Shown here piece by piece: positions 62,306 to 64,000 of a stretch of 64,000 nucleotides of DNA. Position 1 is the first letter of the stretch, and every line of letters starts with the position of its first letter. Source of the stretch: a virus. The notes under the pieces were generated by a model. The model was not told the origin of the DNA. It searched no databases and saw nothing but the letters and a program-made list of their open reading frames with translations. The position numbers and the translations under genes were made by a program. Location: IMG/VR virus record IMGVR_UViG_3300019888_000001, positions 1 through 64,000 of that record; one strand, written 5' to 3'.

Positions 62306-63436
62306 ATGAACGAACAAGCAAAACGAGTTGAAAAGCAAATGGTGCAATTAGTTCTGACTCAGAGCTTTTTTGCGACACTGCTTTTGCGCATGAAAATCGA
62401 GGAGAATAATGCTCCGTGGAATCCAACAGCCTGCACCGATGGGGTGCGTATCTATTGGAACTCAGGCTTCATTAAAGGCCTCACGGATGGAGAAATACGA
62501 GCGTTGTTGGTGCATGAAGTCATGCATCCTGCACTGGGTCATTTATGGCGTATCGGAAGTCGAGACTTGCAGAAAAGTAATATCGCGGCGGATCATGCGG
62601 TGAACTTATTCATCCAGTCGATTAACGAAGAAGCCCAAAAACAAGGGCATCAACCGCCGTTGCCGTTGCCAAAGAACGGCTGCTGCGATAAGAAATACGT
62701 TGGAATGGGGATGGAAGAAATCTACTCCCTGCTCCCTGAGTCCAAAAACAAAAAATATTCCGGGTTCGGAGAGTTCACCAAACCGGCTGCAGGGAAAGAC
62801 CAAAGTAACACAGAAGCGGATTGGAAAATAGCGGTAGTCCAAGCGGCGAACGCCGCTAAACTCTGCGGTAACCAAAGCGCCGCTCTTGATAGGCTTGTCA
62901 ACGATACTACCAAGCCTCAAGTTCCATGGCAGCGTCTGCTGGAGAACTTTGTATCATTGTCATCAGATGACGATTATGATTGGCTGAAGTTTGATCGCAG
63001 ATACGTCGACGAAGGCTGGTACTTCCCGACCGTGTATTCTGAACGGGTAGGTGAACTGGCTGTTATAATCGACACCAGTGGCAGTATCGGAGAGGATACC
63101 TTGTCGCAATTCCGGTCGGAAGTGCAAGAACTGATGCACACAATGAAGCCTTCAAAACTCGTAGTGTTCTACGCAGATACCGAAATTTGCGCCACGCAAG
63201 AGTTTGAGAGCGGGGATAAAATTGAGTTCAAAGCTAAAGGCGGTGGTGGAACGGACTTCGCTAAACCCCTTAAAGAAGTGAAGAAACGCGGGATCGTGCC
63301 TCAATGCTTAATCTACCTAACTGATTTGTATGGAACGTTCCCAAAAGAAGCGCCTCCGTTTCCGTTGATCTGGGTTGTAACGCCGGGTGGTGACAAACGT
63401 GAAGTTCCATTTGGAGAGATTGCTAGGATGGTATGA
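62306..63436 (+). CDS. Metallopeptidase + vWA protein (DUF2201-like)
   Basis: 'TACTDG','HEVMH','IDTSGS' MIDAS,'GGGGTDF','YLTDLYG'. Confidence 0.85.
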   Translation: MNEQAKRVEKQMVQLVLTQSFFATLLLRMKIEENNAPWNPTACTDGVRIYWNSGFIKGLTDGEIRALLVHEVMHPALGHLWRIGSRDLQKSNIAADHAVNLFIQSINEEAQKQGHQPPLPLPKNGCCDKKYVGMGMEEIYSLLPESKNKKYSGFGEFTKPAAGKDQSNTEADWKIAVVQAANAAKLCGNQSAALDRLVNDTTKPQVPWQRLLENFVSLSSDDDYDWLKFDRRYVDEGWYFPTVYSERVGELAVIIDTSGSIGEDTLSQFRSEVQELMHTMKPSKLVVFYADTEICATQEFESGDKIEFKAKGGGGTDFAKPLKEVKKRGIVPQCLIYLTDLYGTFPKEAPPFPLIWVVTPGGDKREVPFGEIARMV

Positions 63437-64000
63437 TTAAGTTAACTAGCACCGTGTATTTAGACAGCTACGCGCCTGCCAACCTTAGAGAAGTGGGGCG
63501 GGATATAGGACAGTTTGTTGATAAGGATCATGAACATATTATCGAACCTAAATTTTGGAAGAAAGCTGTAAATGTGGCGGTTAAACGTGGGTTAATTAAA
63601 AAACCCCCCTTTAATCTAGATCTTTGTCTTTGCCCCATCTGTGCCCAGATTCAATTAACAAAATATGGAAAAGCCCTTCTTAAGCTACTCCAATGATACA
63701 ATTAACCAAAGACATGCGATACGCTCGCTCTTGGGCTGCCAAAAATAGTTGTTATCTCGGTTCGCATCGGCATGGTTAAAACTTCAACAATGAACCCAAA
63801 AACAGTTTTGCAAACTATTCTAAAATATAAAAGGAGCCCATATGCTCCACCATATTTTCATTATACGGGTATACGGCTAACTCCCTTCAGATATAACATG
63901 CTTCTTGTTATTTACCCAGGATGGCATCCCGGGTATAAATCAATTAAAAACTCCTCTATTTATATTCCAGAGGAGCTGGCTGCTGCTCTAGAATGGCTTG

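Overview
The window is 64 kb of a tailed dsDNA bacteriophage genome with no host housekeeping genes, integrase or repressor visible. Layout: tail, collagen-like fibre and lysis genes (+, 1-12076); head and packaging module (-, 12069-26037: major capsid, scaffold, portal, terminase large subunit); glycosyltransferase/methyltransferase cluster (+, 27-30 kb); replication module (+, 31-44 kb: SF2 helicase, PD-(D/E)XK nuclease, family A DNA polymerase, primase, D5-like helicase, likely origin); small membrane/secreted genes and one tRNA(CAU) (45-51 kb); a non-coding control region (51.6-52.9 kb); and an early-gene-like region (DNA ligase, 3D-domain protein, DUF433, terminase small subunit, AAA+/vWA pair). 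About 14 free-standing homing-type endonucleases are scattered through it. Main observations: (1) the major capsid gene is split by a +1 frameshift exactly at a prfB-type CUU-UGA-C motif; (2) a consensus sigma-54 promoter precedes ~780 nt of densely helical sequence with no + strand ORF, a candidate large ncRNA; (3) several endonuclease insertions left a recoded duplicate of the C-terminus of the gene they follow; (4) many genes appear leaderless; (5) an (ATGAAATT)8 repeat forms a chain of overlapping M-K-L-stop minigenes; (6) a possible virion glycosylation system. All family calls come from motif recognition by eye; no searches were run.
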